Virus record (IMG/VR): IMGVR_UViG_3300016659_000160
Coordinates: 1 to 43,529 of that record
Strand: one strand, 5' to 3'
Source of the DNA: a virus
Lineage: Duplodnaviria; Caudoviricetes
DNA length: 43,529 nucleotides
Below, piece after piece: positions 1 to 9,779 of this stretch. The first letter of the stretch is position 1. Each line of letters begins with the position of its first letter. The notes below the pieces were generated by a model that did not search any database, was not told where the DNA came from, and saw only the letters and a list, made by a program, of their open reading frames with translations. The position numbers were made by a program, and so were the translations under genes.

Positions 1-1
1 G

Positions 2-238
2 AAGATTCCTCCCGGCACACAAAGTCATTCTAAATTAAAAGTCAAAGGTAAAGGAATGCATATGTCTTCAGGTTCCTTTAGCGACGGTGATTTGATTGTG
101 ACAGTAAAGGTTGAAACACCTAAACAAGTAAGCGATGAATATAAAAACTTGCTTATCTCATTATCTGAATTTGAGAAAGCCAACATTGGCCATAAACGAG
201 AACTATGGTTAAAAAATATGAATTCATCCAATAAATAA
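2..238 (+). CDS. dnaJ: DnaJ chaperone, C-terminal part (5'-truncated by the window edge)
   Basis: Frame is open from base 2: KIPPGTQSHSKLKVKGKGM...GDLIVTVKVETPKQVSDEYKNLL, the typical DnaJ C-terminal domain pattern. Confidence 0.85.
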   Translation, partial: KIPPGTQSHSKLKVKGKGMHMSSGSFSDGDLIVTVKVETPKQVSDEYKNLLISLSEFEKANIGHKRELWLKNMNSSNK

Positions 239-251
239 TAAGAGGTTAATT

Positions 252-455
252 ATGAACAAGCTAAACAACAAGTTTATTTGGATTGTCGGTGGATTGACTC
301 TTGCCATGTTGGTGCTTGGGGTTGGCGGTAAAGTTTTTATAGACAAAGTCGCCGATGTCGTAGTTGAAAGATTGAAACAAAAATACAGTCCTTCACCTTA
401 TGGTCCCGGTATCGACCCAGATAAAATTGATATGGACAAAGTTAGAAAAAATTAA
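252..455 (+). CDS. Small single-pass membrane protein
   Basis: AGAGG RBS; hydrophobic segment FIWIVGGLTLAMLVLGVGG. Confidence 0.7.
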   Translation: MNKLNNKFIWIVGGLTLAMLVLGVGGKVFIDKVADVVVERLKQKYSPSPYGPGIDPDKIDMDKVRKN

Positions 456-796
456 ATTATAACGCATGATTTGATCATGCTTGGAAGAATAGTATTGTCG
501 CTTGGCAATCTTATCATTTCATATCTAATGGTTTTGCCAACTTCTGGTTCGCCATGAATTCTTCTAAATTCATCAATTGTAAAAAATAGTTTCGATCCAT
601 CTGAGAGTTGCATAAAAATTGGTGTTTTTTTGTACTGAAGTATTTGTATTTTTGCCTCTCGTTTTACGCAAGGTAAATCTAAATCAAAATTTGGTAGGTT
701 AAAATTTTTAACCCATGGGAAATAATTTTCAACGCAGAATGCTGGCAACTTTTCTAAAATATTGCAAATCGTAACATATTCTTGAAAATTTTCCAT
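452..796 (-). CDS. Hypothetical protein (N-terminus MENFQEY)
   Basis: 114-aa ORF filling a gap; upstream TAAATA on the minus strand. Confidence 0.65.
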   Translation of the reverse strand: MENFQEYVTICNILEKLPAFCVENYFPWVKNFNLPNFDLDLPCVKREAKIQILQYKKTPIFMQLSDGSKLFFTIDEFRRIHGEPEVGKTIRYEMIRLPSDNTILPSMIKSCVII

Positions 797-836
797 CTTT
801 ACTCTTATAGATTGATTTCATTTATTTAGTGATACC

Positions 837-1124
837 ATGCAAAGAAAATACAGCGTTTCCTCTGTTTCTTTTGTAATTCCGATGACAGTAGGATTTTCGT
901 CAAATGAAAATGATGAATCTTATAGCATTCAAGTTCATGTTGATATGATGAATGGTGAGATTTATTTTTTAGATGATAAAATAGATGGTATAGACTATGA
1001 GGATTTAAAAGAAGAGATTTTTTTAAATGTTCGTCCAAGATTGATTCAGCAACCATCAATTCCTGATGGAATTGAAGACAGAGTTAAAAAAATAAGCTCG
1101 GCATCAAAGAAACCTTTACAGTGA
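837..1124 (+). CDS. Hypothetical protein
   Basis: 95-aa ORF, first of a tightly packed + strand run. Confidence 0.6.
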   Translation: MQRKYSVSSVSFVIPMTVGFSSNENDESYSIQVHVDMMNGEIYFLDDKIDGIDYEDLKEEIFLNVRPRLIQQPSIPDGIEDRVKKISSASKKPLQ

Positions 1125-1132
1125 GTAGAAAA

Positions 1133-1483
1133 ATGTCAAGAAGTACAGAAGGAATGAAGTTTTCAATATCAGCAGGCAATACAAGAAAGCCAAGTAAATT
1201 AAACACTATTACTTTAGAAAAAGTATTTGCTTGGATAGAAAAAAAGGGTCTTGATAAGCCCGTTGTTGTTGAACTTAAAAAAATGGCTTCTGTATATCCA
1301 CAAGCTGCTTTGGAAAATTGGATGAAAAATTATCAGATGCATTTAGTTAAAGCTAGGGAAAAAATTTCAAAAAGACATAGAATTGAAATTATAGAGTTGG
1401 AAGATAATGTCATTGAGGAACTGGTCGAAAAAGATGCCAATTCAATTGAAATTGAAAAAGCACCTTCTTTTGACGAATTTTAA
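1133..1483 (+). CDS. Hypothetical protein with acidic C-terminus
   Basis: ORF abutting its neighbours; start could be 1121, 1133 or 1154. Confidence 0.65.
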   Translation: MSRSTEGMKFSISAGNTRKPSKLNTITLEKVFAWIEKKGLDKPVVVELKKMASVYPQAALENWMKNYQMHLVKAREKISKRHRIEIIELEDNVIEELVEKDANSIEIEKAPSFDEF

Positions 1484-1498
1484 TTTGGATTCTAAATT

Positions 1499-2599
1499 TT
1501 GAAATATTTATCTGTTTGTTCTGGAATTGAAGCTGCTACGGTTGCGTGGAATCCATTAGGATGGGAGCCCGTGGGTTTTTCAGAAATTGAAACTTTTCCA
1601 TGTGCTGTTTTGACCCATCATTATCCAAATGTTCCCAACTATGGCGACATGACAAAATGTGATAATTGGGAGATAAAAAATGAGTTCGACATTCTCGTCG
1701 GGGGAACACCTTGTCAATCATTTTCACTTGCCGGAAAACGAGCTGGAATGGATGACCAGCGTGGTAGATTGGCAATCAAATTCTTTGACATTGTTAAAAG
1801 ATACAATCCCAAGTGGATTGTTTGGGAAAATGTGCCGGGAGTCATCACTTCAAATCAAGGAAGAGATTTTGGTCTCTTCTTGTCTGAAATGGGGAAATGC
1901 GGGTATGGGTATGCATACAGAATTCTCGACGCTCAACATTTTGGAGTGCCACAACGGCGTAGAAGAGTCTTTGTTGTCGGACATTTTGGAGACTGGCGTT
2001 GTGCAGCAGCGGTACTTTTTGAGCGGGAAAGCCTGCTCTGGAATCCTGAGAAGGGTGGAAAAAAGCGGCAAAACATTACCACAGTTGTTGCGACAGGCTC
2101 TGGAGGAAGTAGTTGTGAAACAGGGAAATTAGCCAATGATTCCGTAAAATATGCCAAGGCATTCACGGCTGCTTCGGCAAGAAAAACAGGAACGATTTGC
2201 TTGATGGATCAAACACCAACTCTGACAAGTCAGACAAAACGAGGCGATACTGAGCCGTGTGTAGTGACTTGCGAATCAGTAGGCGACAGAGTTGCTCCAA
2301 CGCTGACAGCTTCTAATGATCCTAGTAGAAGTCCACAAAGTAGCGAAGTAACTCAGCAAGTGGCTGCTGTCCACAAGGCAATCAACGCAGTCCGGCGTTT
2401 GACACCTCGTGAATGTGAAAGACTTCAAGGTTTTCCAGATGACTATACATTGATTTCATTTCGCAATAAGTCTATTGATAAATGTCCTGACGGACCAAGA
2501 TATAAAGCTTTGGGAAATTCCATGGCGGTTCCAGTTATGAGGTGGATTGGAAATAGAATAAAAGTAGTTTCGCAAATACTTGAGGAAAAGAAATCATGA
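1499..2599 (+). CDS. dcm: DNA (cytosine-5)-methyltransferase
   Basis: Motif I SVCSGIEA, IV GGTPCQSFS, VI WENVPG, VIII PQRRRRVF, IX RRLTPRECERLQGFP, X YKALGNSM. Confidence 0.95.
   Translation: MKYLSVCSGIEAATVAWNPLGWEPVGFSEIETFPCAVLTHHYPNVPNYGDMTKCDNWEIKNEFDILVGGTPCQSFSLAGKRAGMDDQRGRLAIKFFDIVKRYNPKWIVWENVPGVITSNQGRDFGLFLSEMGKCGYGYAYRILDAQHFGVPQRRRRVFVVGHFGDWRCAAAVLFERESLLWNPEKGGKKRQNITTVVATGSGGSSCETGKLANDSVKYAKAFTAASARKTGTICLMDQTPTLTSQTKRGDTEPCVVTCESVGDRVAPTLTASNDPSRSPQSSEVTQQVAAVHKAINAVRRLTPRECERLQGFPDDYTLISFRNKSIDKCPDGPRYKALGNSMAVPVMRWIGNRIKVVSQILEEKKS
1680..2132 (+). CDS. Nested +1-frame ORF inside the methyltransferase, resembling the M.EcoHK31I beta polypeptide
   Basis: GGGAGA RBS at 1668-1673 before ATG 1680; 150 aa containing WGNAGM and LLSDILETGVVQQRYFLSGKACSGILRRVEKSGKTLP. 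Confidence 0.6.
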   Translation: MSSTFSSGEHLVNHFHLPENELEWMTSVVDWQSNSLTLLKDTIPSGLFGKMCRESSLQIKEEILVSSCLKWGNAGMGMHTEFSTLNILECHNGVEESLLSDILETGVVQQRYFLSGKACSGILRRVEKSGKTLPQLLRQALEEVVVKQGN

Positions 2600-3063
2600 A
2601 TTTTAATATTCCCGTAAAAATAAAAGCTGATTCACCTGAATTTATTCCACAATATAAAACTGCTGGAGCCGCTGCTGCCGACATTGTGGCGAATATACCT
2701 CTCAATGATCACGGAAATCGTTCAATTTTAATCATGCCTAATCAAATCGAGGTTGTTGACTCTGGCTTTAGCGTTGAGATTCCTGATGGATGGGAAATAC
2801 AAATTAGAGGCAGAAGTGGTTTGGCAACTAAAGGTTTACAAGTAACTAATTCGCCGGGAACGATTGATTCTGATTATACTGGGAGAATTAAAATAATTTT
2901 GAACAATACAAGTAAGAACATAATCACAATCAATCATGGTGATCGTATTGCACAATTACTCATTAAGCCTGTATGGAAAATCAATTGGGTAAGCACAGAA
3001 GCTATAGAAAAAGTAACAAAAAGAGGCGAAAACGGTTTTGGATCAACAGGAATTGGAGAATAA
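2596..3063 (+). CDS. dut: Trimeric dUTPase
   Basis: Motifs AAADI, RSGLA, PGTIDSDYTG, GDRIAQL, RGENGFGSTG. Confidence 0.97.
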   Translation: MNFNIPVKIKADSPEFIPQYKTAGAAAADIVANIPLNDHGNRSILIMPNQIEVVDSGFSVEIPDGWEIQIRGRSGLATKGLQVTNSPGTIDSDYTGRIKIILNNTSKNIITINHGDRIAQLLIKPVWKINWVSTEAIEKVTKRGENGFGSTGIGE

Positions 3064-3067
3064 ATTC

Positions 3068-3277
3068 ATGAAGATATTTGCGTTAGTTAGCATCGCAAGA
3101 CAGGTTGATGGTGAATATTGTGTGGTAAAAATTGAGAAGGCTTACAAATCTGCACAACGAGCCGATGATGAATCCAAAAAATTAGCGAGAAAATATGCAG
3201 AGAGCATAACGACTCCTGCCGGGGTCATAAATTGCGTGTGTGAGCGTGGGGTTTTTGAAATTGATGTTGAAGATTGA
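3068..3277 (+). CDS. Hypothetical protein
   Basis: GGAG RBS before ATG 3068. Confidence 0.65.
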   Translation: MKIFALVSIARQVDGEYCVVKIEKAYKSAQRADDESKKLARKYAESITTPAGVINCVCERGVFEIDVED

Positions 3278-3318
3278 TTATAATTAACTAGGTTAAAATA
3301 ACAACAAAGGAAATTAAA

Positions 3319-4050
3319 ATGTTAGAATCAGCGCACAATCCACTTGAAGGTGATCGTCCTGAGATGTCAATTAAATTGCATCAAAATACTGATGATCATG
3401 TGTCGATTATTGTAGTGCATAAAGATCGCCCAGAATATTTGAATATTTGCTTGCAATCAATTGCTGTTACATCTTTTAACAACAATTACGAGATTATTGT
3501 TGTTGACAACGGTAGCGGTAAGGAATCACAAGAATTTCTTAAAGATATCGAGGGCGAAGTAAAAGTTGTAAGAAATGAAAAAAATCTTTATTGGTCGGCA
3601 GCTTGCAACAAGGGTGTTCAAGCGGCGGACAAAAATAGTAAATATTTTATATTTATGCATTGCGATCTTGTCGTGTTGAATCCTGCTTGGATTGATCTTT
3701 TAGTAAATGTGGCTGAAGCTCAACAGTCTGGATTCGTTGGAATCGACACGCAGTCTTACATGATGGGAAATCAAAAAGTCGAATTCTTGCAAGAATATAT
3801 TTTGTTGATGACAAGGGAAACTTGGGATGATATTGGCCCTTGGCCAGAAGAACTGCCGCAAGTAGGCAACGCCTTTATTATGACCATGAGGGCTCAAAAC
3901 AAGGGCCATAAACCACAAATTATGAAAAATCAAATTGTCCATCATTATCGTATTTTTAGTTTGGACATTTCTGATTTTGAGCGTATGACAGAACAGGCCA
4001 TGTCTATCTTGCCAAAGCTTTTAAATGATGTTCAATCAAGGCCAGTATAA
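3319..4050 (+). CDS. Glycosyltransferase family 2
   Basis: VSIIVV...EIIVVDNGS...SAACNKG...FMHCD, a GT-A fold signature. Confidence 0.88.
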   Translation: MLESAHNPLEGDRPEMSIKLHQNTDDHVSIIVVHKDRPEYLNICLQSIAVTSFNNNYEIIVVDNGSGKESQEFLKDIEGEVKVVRNEKNLYWSAACNKGVQAADKNSKYFIFMHCDLVVLNPAWIDLLVNVAEAQQSGFVGIDTQSYMMGNQKVEFLQEYILLMTRETWDDIGPWPEELPQVGNAFIMTMRAQNKGHKPQIMKNQIVHHYRIFSLDISDFERMTEQAMSILPKLLNDVQSRPV

Positions 4051-4059
4051 GGATTTAAA

Positions 4060-4512
4060 ATGAAAGTATCTTCCTTTTTTAAAAATCTCGATTCAGTAGC
4101 AGAAAATTTTGGGGTTGCTTTTAAAACTCCTGACCAAAAATTTGTACCGCTACATTTCCATGTGACAGAAGCCGCCACCATTTTCAAAAAGTTCAAGGAT
4201 TGCGGTGGCAATCCTCGTCAAGAAACATACGCATCAATCCAGCTTTGGGTCGCTAATGACTATGATCATAGATTGAAAGCTGGAAAACTTCGTGGTATTC
4301 TTCTGAATACCCTACTTGATAACGAACAGGACATGGAACTGGTTGTAGAATTTGAGAGCGAGACAATTGGCATTTATAATATTGAATCTGTTGATGTTTG
4401 TGCCAACACTTTAGTGTTTCAATTAGCAAAAAGAAAAACAGATTGTCTTGCCCCAGACAAGTGCGGGATAAAAACAGAGACTGTTAGGTGTTGCGAATCT
4501 GGTTGTTGCTGA
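4060..4512 (+). CDS. DUF6428-like Cys-rich protein
   Basis: FHVTE, DCGG, QLW, DHRL, TIG, TDCLAPDKCG and CC..GCC pattern, recalled for this family. Confidence 0.7.
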   Translation: MKVSSFFKNLDSVAENFGVAFKTPDQKFVPLHFHVTEAATIFKKFKDCGGNPRQETYASIQLWVANDYDHRLKAGKLRGILLNTLLDNEQDMELVVEFESETIGIYNIESVDVCANTLVFQLAKRKTDCLAPDKCGIKTETVRCCESGCC

Positions 4513-4514
4513 AA

Positions 4515-4994
4515 TTATTCTGCTTTTAAATTTTCAAGCTTTTTCATAAAATTTGACCAATCTTCATTGCACCATATTATTGGTGCATGATTTGAATAGT
4601 TCGCAGCGTATGCCATTGAAAAAACTTCTTCTTCATTTTGATCAAGAGCCTTCTGTTGTTCTTTTTTCTTAAACTTGGCCATTTGTTTAGTTTTAGTTTC
4701 TTTTATCAATTTGCTCCATTCTTTTTTAAGCACTGGAGTCATCAGATATTCCCAAACCAAATGCGCTATCTCATGAAGCGTGGTAAAACTTCGACTATAA
4801 TTCCAAGGTGCTGCTACGACAATCTTGTCTCTGTGGATATAACCAATGTGCTGGTTGTCGCCATTCAAAGTATTTCCCGGTGTATACCTAAACTTGTAAC
4901 CATCTAGTAAAGCACGATGTCCTTTCGGCAGTCTAGAAAGAAGTTTGTGTACATTCTTTTCTTCTTCAGATTCTAAAAAAGTTTTAAAATTCAT
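4515..4994 (-). CDS. Zincin-like HExxH metallopeptidase-domain protein
   Basis: TTLHEIAHLVW plus downstream EEVFS; N-terminus MNFKTFLE. Confidence 0.65.
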   Translation of the reverse strand: MNFKTFLESEEEKNVHKLLSRLPKGHRALLDGYKFRYTPGNTLNGDNQHIGYIHRDKIVVAAPWNYSRSFTTLHEIAHLVWEYLMTPVLKKEWSKLIKETKTKQMAKFKKKEQQKALDQNEEEVFSMAYAANYSNHAPIIWCNEDWSNFMKKLENLKAE

Positions 4995-5057
4995 CCCTGT
5001 TTCTCCTCAGAACATATCTATTCAAAATTGCATCAAAATAGAATATTGATTATAAAG

Positions 5058-5065
5058 TATAAATA
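5058..5065 (+). promoter_or_regulatory. T4-like late promoter box TATAAATA
   Basis: Exact TATAAATA about 30 nt upstream of a virion-like gene. Confidence 0.5.
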
Positions 5066-5094
5066 TATTCAAACAATCTTTGAAAAGGTGCAAC

Positions 5095-6663
5095 ATGGAA
5101 CAGTCTATCATCAACTTCCCCAACGGATTGCCAAACAATGGTCTGCCTTTAAATGTAGGTATTGTTTCTGGTCTTATTGGTGTTTCATCTGGTAATATGT
5201 CGCTTTATACTGCTAGTGGGGCAGTAAGCCAAGGCAATCCACTTCCTGTTGATATCGCTGGAGGAACAGTCAATATCAATATTGCTTCAGGAACCAATCT
5301 TAATGTTTCTGTTACATCAGGTCAATTTTCAATTCTTTCTGGTAAAGTAAGCGTTTCATCTGGCAACACTTCTCTTTACACATCAAGCGGTACAATCAGT
5401 CAGACAAACCCTCTTCCAGTCTCAATTTCATCAGGAGCATTTTCAAACAATATTGTTCCAATTAGTTTTGCTCCCGGTACATCTGACGCTTTTGGAAGAC
5501 TTAGAGTAAGCAATCCTTTTACACTTTTTGACTCTCAACATCGCTATCAAATCAATGATAAGTGGAACTACCAAACTACAACTGGTGGTTCAACATCTTA
5601 TGATATAAACGGTAGTTTGGTTAACCTGAACACAAGTTTGGTATCTGGTGCTCAAGTAATAGCTGAAACAAAAAGGGTCATGCCTTATCAGCCCGGTAAG
5701 AGTTTGCTTGTCTACAGCACATTTACAATGTCCTCTGCTCAAAATAACTTGAGACAGAGAATCGGTTATTTTGGAGAACAAAATGGAATTTATTTTGAGG
5801 TAGATGGAACATCAATCAATTTTGTCAAAAGAAGTTATATTTCCGGTGGCGTTGTTGAAACAAAAGCAACAAGACTTGGAGAAATAGGTTGGAATATTGA
5901 TAGTCTTGATGGTAATGGTCCTAGTGGTTATAATATTTCAAATTACAATAGTTCTTTAATTTTCTTTATTGAAATTGAATGGCTTGGAGTTGGAGATGTT
6001 CGTGTTGGATTTGTTCTTAATGGTGCTTATGTGCCATGTCATGTGTTCAGACATACTCCAGCAGGAGGAAGTCCAATAAGTGGGACATACATGACAACTG
6101 CTTGCTTACCTCTGAGAGCCGAAATTACAAACAAAGGTCCAATAACAAATTCTGGAAATTTGAAGCAAATTTGTAATAGCGTTATTTCAGAAGGTGGCTA
6201 TGAGGGATTTAGTAGAAGATATAATGTTGATTTAGGAACAAACGAGAAAAATCTGGCAAATGCAGATCAATTGTATCCTGTTATTTCTATTCGCCTTGCT
6301 TCTGGAAGACTTGATTCAATTGTTGTGCCATCAAATCTCAATGCAATTGCGACAGCCAACCAAAACATACAATATAGAATTATTTTGAATCCAACTTTGG
6401 TTGGCGCTTCTTGGCAGACACATTATCAAGGAAATGTTCAATATGACACTTCTGCTACTTCTTTGACAAGCGGTAGTGGAACCAATATTATTGGCGGTTA
6501 TGTTAACAAACAAAACTCTCTTGATATTACTAGTATCAATCAATTTAATTTCCAAATTGGAAGATTGCTAAATGGAACAAGTGAAGTTTTGACAGTTGCC
6601 ATGGCGGGAACATCTGCAAACACGAAGCTTCTGGCTGATCTGTCTTGGTATGAAATTGTTTGA
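5095..6663 (+). CDS. Putative virion structural protein (S/G/T/N-rich, beta-rich)
   Basis: DAFGRLRVSNPFTLFDS...YQPGKS...EWLGVGDVRVGF motifs recalled from phage structural proteins; N-terminal 25-aa repeat. Confidence 0.6.
   Translation: MEQSIINFPNGLPNNGLPLNVGIVSGLIGVSSGNMSLYTASGAVSQGNPLPVDIAGGTVNINIASGTNLNVSVTSGQFSILSGKVSVSSGNTSLYTSSGTISQTNPLPVSISSGAFSNNIVPISFAPGTSDAFGRLRVSNPFTLFDSQHRYQINDKWNYQTTTGGSTSYDINGSLVNLNTSLVSGAQVIAETKRVMPYQPGKSLLVYSTFTMSSAQNNLRQRIGYFGEQNGIYFEVDGTSINFVKRSYISGGVVETKATRLGEIGWNIDSLDGNGPSGYNISNYNSSLIFFIEIEWLGVGDVRVGFVLNGAYVPCHVFRHTPAGGSPISGTYMTTACLPLRAEITNKGPITNSGNLKQICNSVISEGGYEGFSRRYNVDLGTNEKNLANADQLYPVISIRLASGRLDSIVVPSNLNAIATANQNIQYRIILNPTLVGASWQTHYQGNVQYDTSATSLTSGSGTNIIGGYVNKQNSLDITSINQFNFQIGRLLNGTSEVLTVAMAGTSANTKLLADLSWYEIV
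5182..5421 (+). repeat. Two-copy intragenic repeat (VSSGNxSLYTxSGxxSQxNPLPV)
   Basis: Copies at about 5182-5250 and 5353-5421. Confidence 0.75.
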
Positions 6664-6703
6664 TAATTTGGTGGAAATAAATTTCAAGCAATCTAAATAA
6701 GGT

Positions 6704-7432
6704 ATGGCTAAACCACGCAAAAAACCTGTCAAAGCTGAAAAGCTCCCACAGAACAATCAACATGCAAGTGTTAAAAAACAGACATTTCATTTGGAATTTT
6801 TGTCTCCAGCACAAAAATTGGCTTGGGGATCATTTGATCAACATGATATTTTGTTTCTTTTAGGTGCTCCGGGAAGCGGGAAATCGCATCTCGCTTGTGC
6901 CTTTGCAATTAGCGAAGTTCTGGCCAAGAAAAAACAAAAAATTGTACTTACAAGACCGACTGTAGAAGCTGGCGGGGACAGTTTGGGTTTTTTACCAGGA
7001 TCGAAAGAAGAAAAATTACATCCTTATATGTTGCCTTTATTTGATTGCATGGATAGGTCTTTAGGAACTTTTTCTCCTTTAAGAGAAGCAATAAATAAAA
7101 GTGTTGAAATTGCGCCTCTACAGTTCATGCGTGGTAGAACATTCCACGATGCTGTTTGTATTTTGGACGAAGCTCAGAATGCAAATTATGCTCAAATTAA
7201 ACTTTTTTTGACAAGATTTGGGCAAAACAGCAAAGTTATCATTACGGGCGATCCGATGCAGAGTGATTTGCCGATGCATGAAAGAGCATTGATGAAAATT
7301 GTTGACAAACTTTCAAGTTTGAAAGGCGTTGGAATCATAAGTTTCAAATCGAGTTCGATTGTGCGACATCCGTTGATTGCTGGTATTCTTGAAAAATTGG
7401 AGGCTGACGAACATGGCCCTAGTAGTACCTGA
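6704..7432 (+). CDS. phoH: PhoH-family ATPase
   Basis: GAPGSGKS, LTRP, LGFLPG, FMRGRTF, LDEAQN, ITGDPMQSD, IVRHPL. Confidence 0.96.
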   Translation: MAKPRKKPVKAEKLPQNNQHASVKKQTFHLEFLSPAQKLAWGSFDQHDILFLLGAPGSGKSHLACAFAISEVLAKKKQKIVLTRPTVEAGGDSLGFLPGSKEEKLHPYMLPLFDCMDRSLGTFSPLREAINKSVEIAPLQFMRGRTFHDAVCILDEAQNANYAQIKLFLTRFGQNSKVIITGDPMQSDLPMHERALMKIVDKLSSLKGVGIISFKSSSIVRHPLIAGILEKLEADEHGPSST

Positions 7433-7826
7433 TGAGGGTGAAATAGAATTATTGAAAAAGTTGTTGAAAAATACAACTGACACGGAAAATTATTTGATGC
7501 GATTGTATCAAAACAATTACACTCCTTCCGGCACAACTACAGCAATTGATTTTACTGAAGCGAATTTTTCAAATTATGCTGAGAAAACAATTGCTCGAAT
7601 TGATTGGGCTACACCGACAACAAATGCAAACAACAAGGCTGAATCTTCTGTTGCAGTTCAATCGTGGACATGTGGCACAGTTGGCAATACCATTTACGGT
7701 TATTACATTATCGGTTCTGTTTCAGGCAAGGTTTTATGGGCTGAAAAATTTGCTAGTACAAGAGTTTTGGAAGATAGTGATGTTTTAAATGTATATCCTA
7801 AATTCAATTTATCCAGCGCAAACTAA
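7413..7826 (+). CDS. Putative virion/tail-associated protein
   Basis: GGAGG RBS; LYQNNYTP...FTEANF..Y...IYGYY...LWAEKF resembles phage tail-associated small beta proteins. Confidence 0.55.
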   Translation: MALVVPDEGEIELLKKLLKNTTDTENYLMRLYQNNYTPSGTTTAIDFTEANFSNYAEKTIARIDWATPTTNANNKAESSVAVQSWTCGTVGNTIYGYYIIGSVSGKVLWAEKFASTRVLEDSDVLNVYPKFNLSSAN

Positions 7827-7850
7827 TTACTTTTTATTCTACATACCTTT

Positions 7851-9407
7851 ATGCCAACTTATAGTGAAATTATGTCTGGCGGGGTGTTATCTGGGGGAGA
7901 ATCTTTTTTAACACAAAATAAAAAGTTTTTCCCAGATGGAATTGAAATTTTAACTGGCGGTTCTGGTAATGCATATATTGCTTGGACGCAATCTTTTTCT
8001 TGGGACATAATCAGAGAAATAAGCGCATCAATATCCTTCGCTTGGGATGTTGGCGAACAGCCTTTGTATTTTTATAGAATACTTTATTGTTGTTCGTACA
8101 CAAATCCAAATGGTAATCTTGGTTACAATGGGATTACAGCCAATTCACCAAATTATGAAGCAGGCGGATGCAATGCAACTGGCATAAGCAATCCTGATCC
8201 TACTTGTGCAAAAGTACCGCAAAAGCAATTTATGGTTCAAAACATAGTTGCTAGGGATGTGCCTGATTTATGTAAACAACTGGGCATACAAGGCTATAAC
8301 TGGCAAATATGTAAAGTAGAACGATGGAGCAGGTCACTTGACCCGACTGTTCCAGACCCAAATCCTAATTGTAATGTATTGGAAGAAATACCTTTAGATG
8401 GTATTTCGGAGTGTATACAGTTTAATATACAAACTGAAACATTGATTGATATTTCAGCAGATGTATTTATAAATGAACTTTTTTTAAGCTATAGTGGTTC
8501 GGGTACGGCTTATTTGGGTGGAGAAGCTTTAGCTGCTATTACTGCTGGCGGCACAACTCCTACCACAAGCAATTTTGTTTATGTGAGTCTTGGTGGTTCT
8601 TCAACATTTGGTGGTTCGGCTAATATTACATCTACATGGAATAATTCTCTGCTAGTAAAAATGCAGATGAAAATTTTCATGACGCTTGAAGAAGCTTTCT
8701 TTGGAGACAATGAAAATGTGCCAGCAATTGTAGCGCCAACTGGCGTGGTATTGACAAACTGTAATCTCTGCACGGCTTTACCAACAAATCTTTATATTCA
8801 TCATAATTTTAATAGTGAAGGTTTGTTTTCTGGTTTCTTAAAAAGAAATGGATATACATTATCGGAATACTTACCTTTACTATACAGTAATCGCTTGGTT
8901 TCTTGGGTGTCTCAACAACACTATACAGGCATTTCATCAAATAATCAAACTGATGAATATTGGAGATTTACTTTTGAATTTGCTTGTGTTGATGAAGTTG
9001 CAGCACAGCCGACTGATTCTTTTGTAATAAAATTGGCAATTTCTATTTTAAGAAAAAGTTTATTGACCATCGAAGATTCAGAAACAAAAATTGTAGTGGT
9101 TTTTCCATCGACAGATTTATGTGGTGCGGTGCGTAATTTTAGAGACGATCTTCAATTCAGCTTGAATACTCAGACTGGTCTTGTGACGATTACTCCTGCT
9201 ATGACACCACAAACATCAGTCCTATATGATGGCATAGGTTTATTTAAGTCTAAATATTGGTTGGCCAATCCTAATTTAAAATTAAGGATTTCTACATCAA
9301 GTGTATTTACCACGGTTCCAAGGGAAGATTTAACATACATTCTTCCAAACTCTGTTACTAATGTACAACAGAATGGATCGTTTGTTGCGACCAATTTGAA
9401 TACTTGA
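7851..9407 (+). CDS. Large hypothetical, probably virion protein (Cys- and Gly-rich)
   Basis: 518-aa ORF after a structural-like gene; GG-rich repeats. Confidence 0.55.
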   Translation: MPTYSEIMSGGVLSGGESFLTQNKKFFPDGIEILTGGSGNAYIAWTQSFSWDIIREISASISFAWDVGEQPLYFYRILYCCSYTNPNGNLGYNGITANSPNYEAGGCNATGISNPDPTCAKVPQKQFMVQNIVARDVPDLCKQLGIQGYNWQICKVERWSRSLDPTVPDPNPNCNVLEEIPLDGISECIQFNIQTETLIDISADVFINELFLSYSGSGTAYLGGEALAAITAGGTTPTTSNFVYVSLGGSSTFGGSANITSTWNNSLLVKMQMKIFMTLEEAFFGDNENVPAIVAPTGVVLTNCNLCTALPTNLYIHHNFNSEGLFSGFLKRNGYTLSEYLPLLYSNRLVSWVSQQHYTGISSNNQTDEYWRFTFEFACVDEVAAQPTDSFVIKLAISILRKSLLTIEDSETKIVVVFPSTDLCGAVRNFRDDLQFSLNTQTGLVTITPAMTPQTSVLYDGIGLFKSKYWLANPNLKLRISTSSVFTTVPREDLTYILPNSVTNVQQNGSFVATNLNT

Positions 9408-9418
9408 TGGAGATCAAC

Positions 9419-9757
9419 ATGGAATTTTTTCTGATTTGTTGTATAGCTTTCATGGTTTTGTTGAATTTATCTTTATTTTATTTTGTTGGGACTTATATCG
9501 TAAGGATGAATGATAGGTTCTCACAAATCATGAATGATTTAATCAATGTTCTTGGAGAACAAAATACTGTAATTCCTAATACAAACGAAAATTCATCAAA
9601 GAGTTGGGACCAAAAATACGAGGAAGAATTAGATGCATTTGCTGCTAGAATGAGGGCTGACGCTGGATTGCTTGATATAGAGAGTAGCACTTCTTATAAC
9701 GCACCTCCTGCGCCAAACCGAAGAAACTCTGAAGGCTTGACTATCCAAAACAGGTAG
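9419..9757 (+). CDS. Membrane-anchored hypothetical protein
   Basis: N-terminal hydrophobic helix; GGAG RBS. Confidence 0.6.
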   Translation: MEFFLICCIAFMVLLNLSLFYFVGTYIVRMNDRFSQIMNDLINVLGEQNTVIPNTNENSSKSWDQKYEEELDAFAARMRADAGLLDIESSTSYNAPPAPNRRNSEGLTIQNR

Positions 9758-9779
9758 GTTATCCTTTGCCGAAAGAGGA

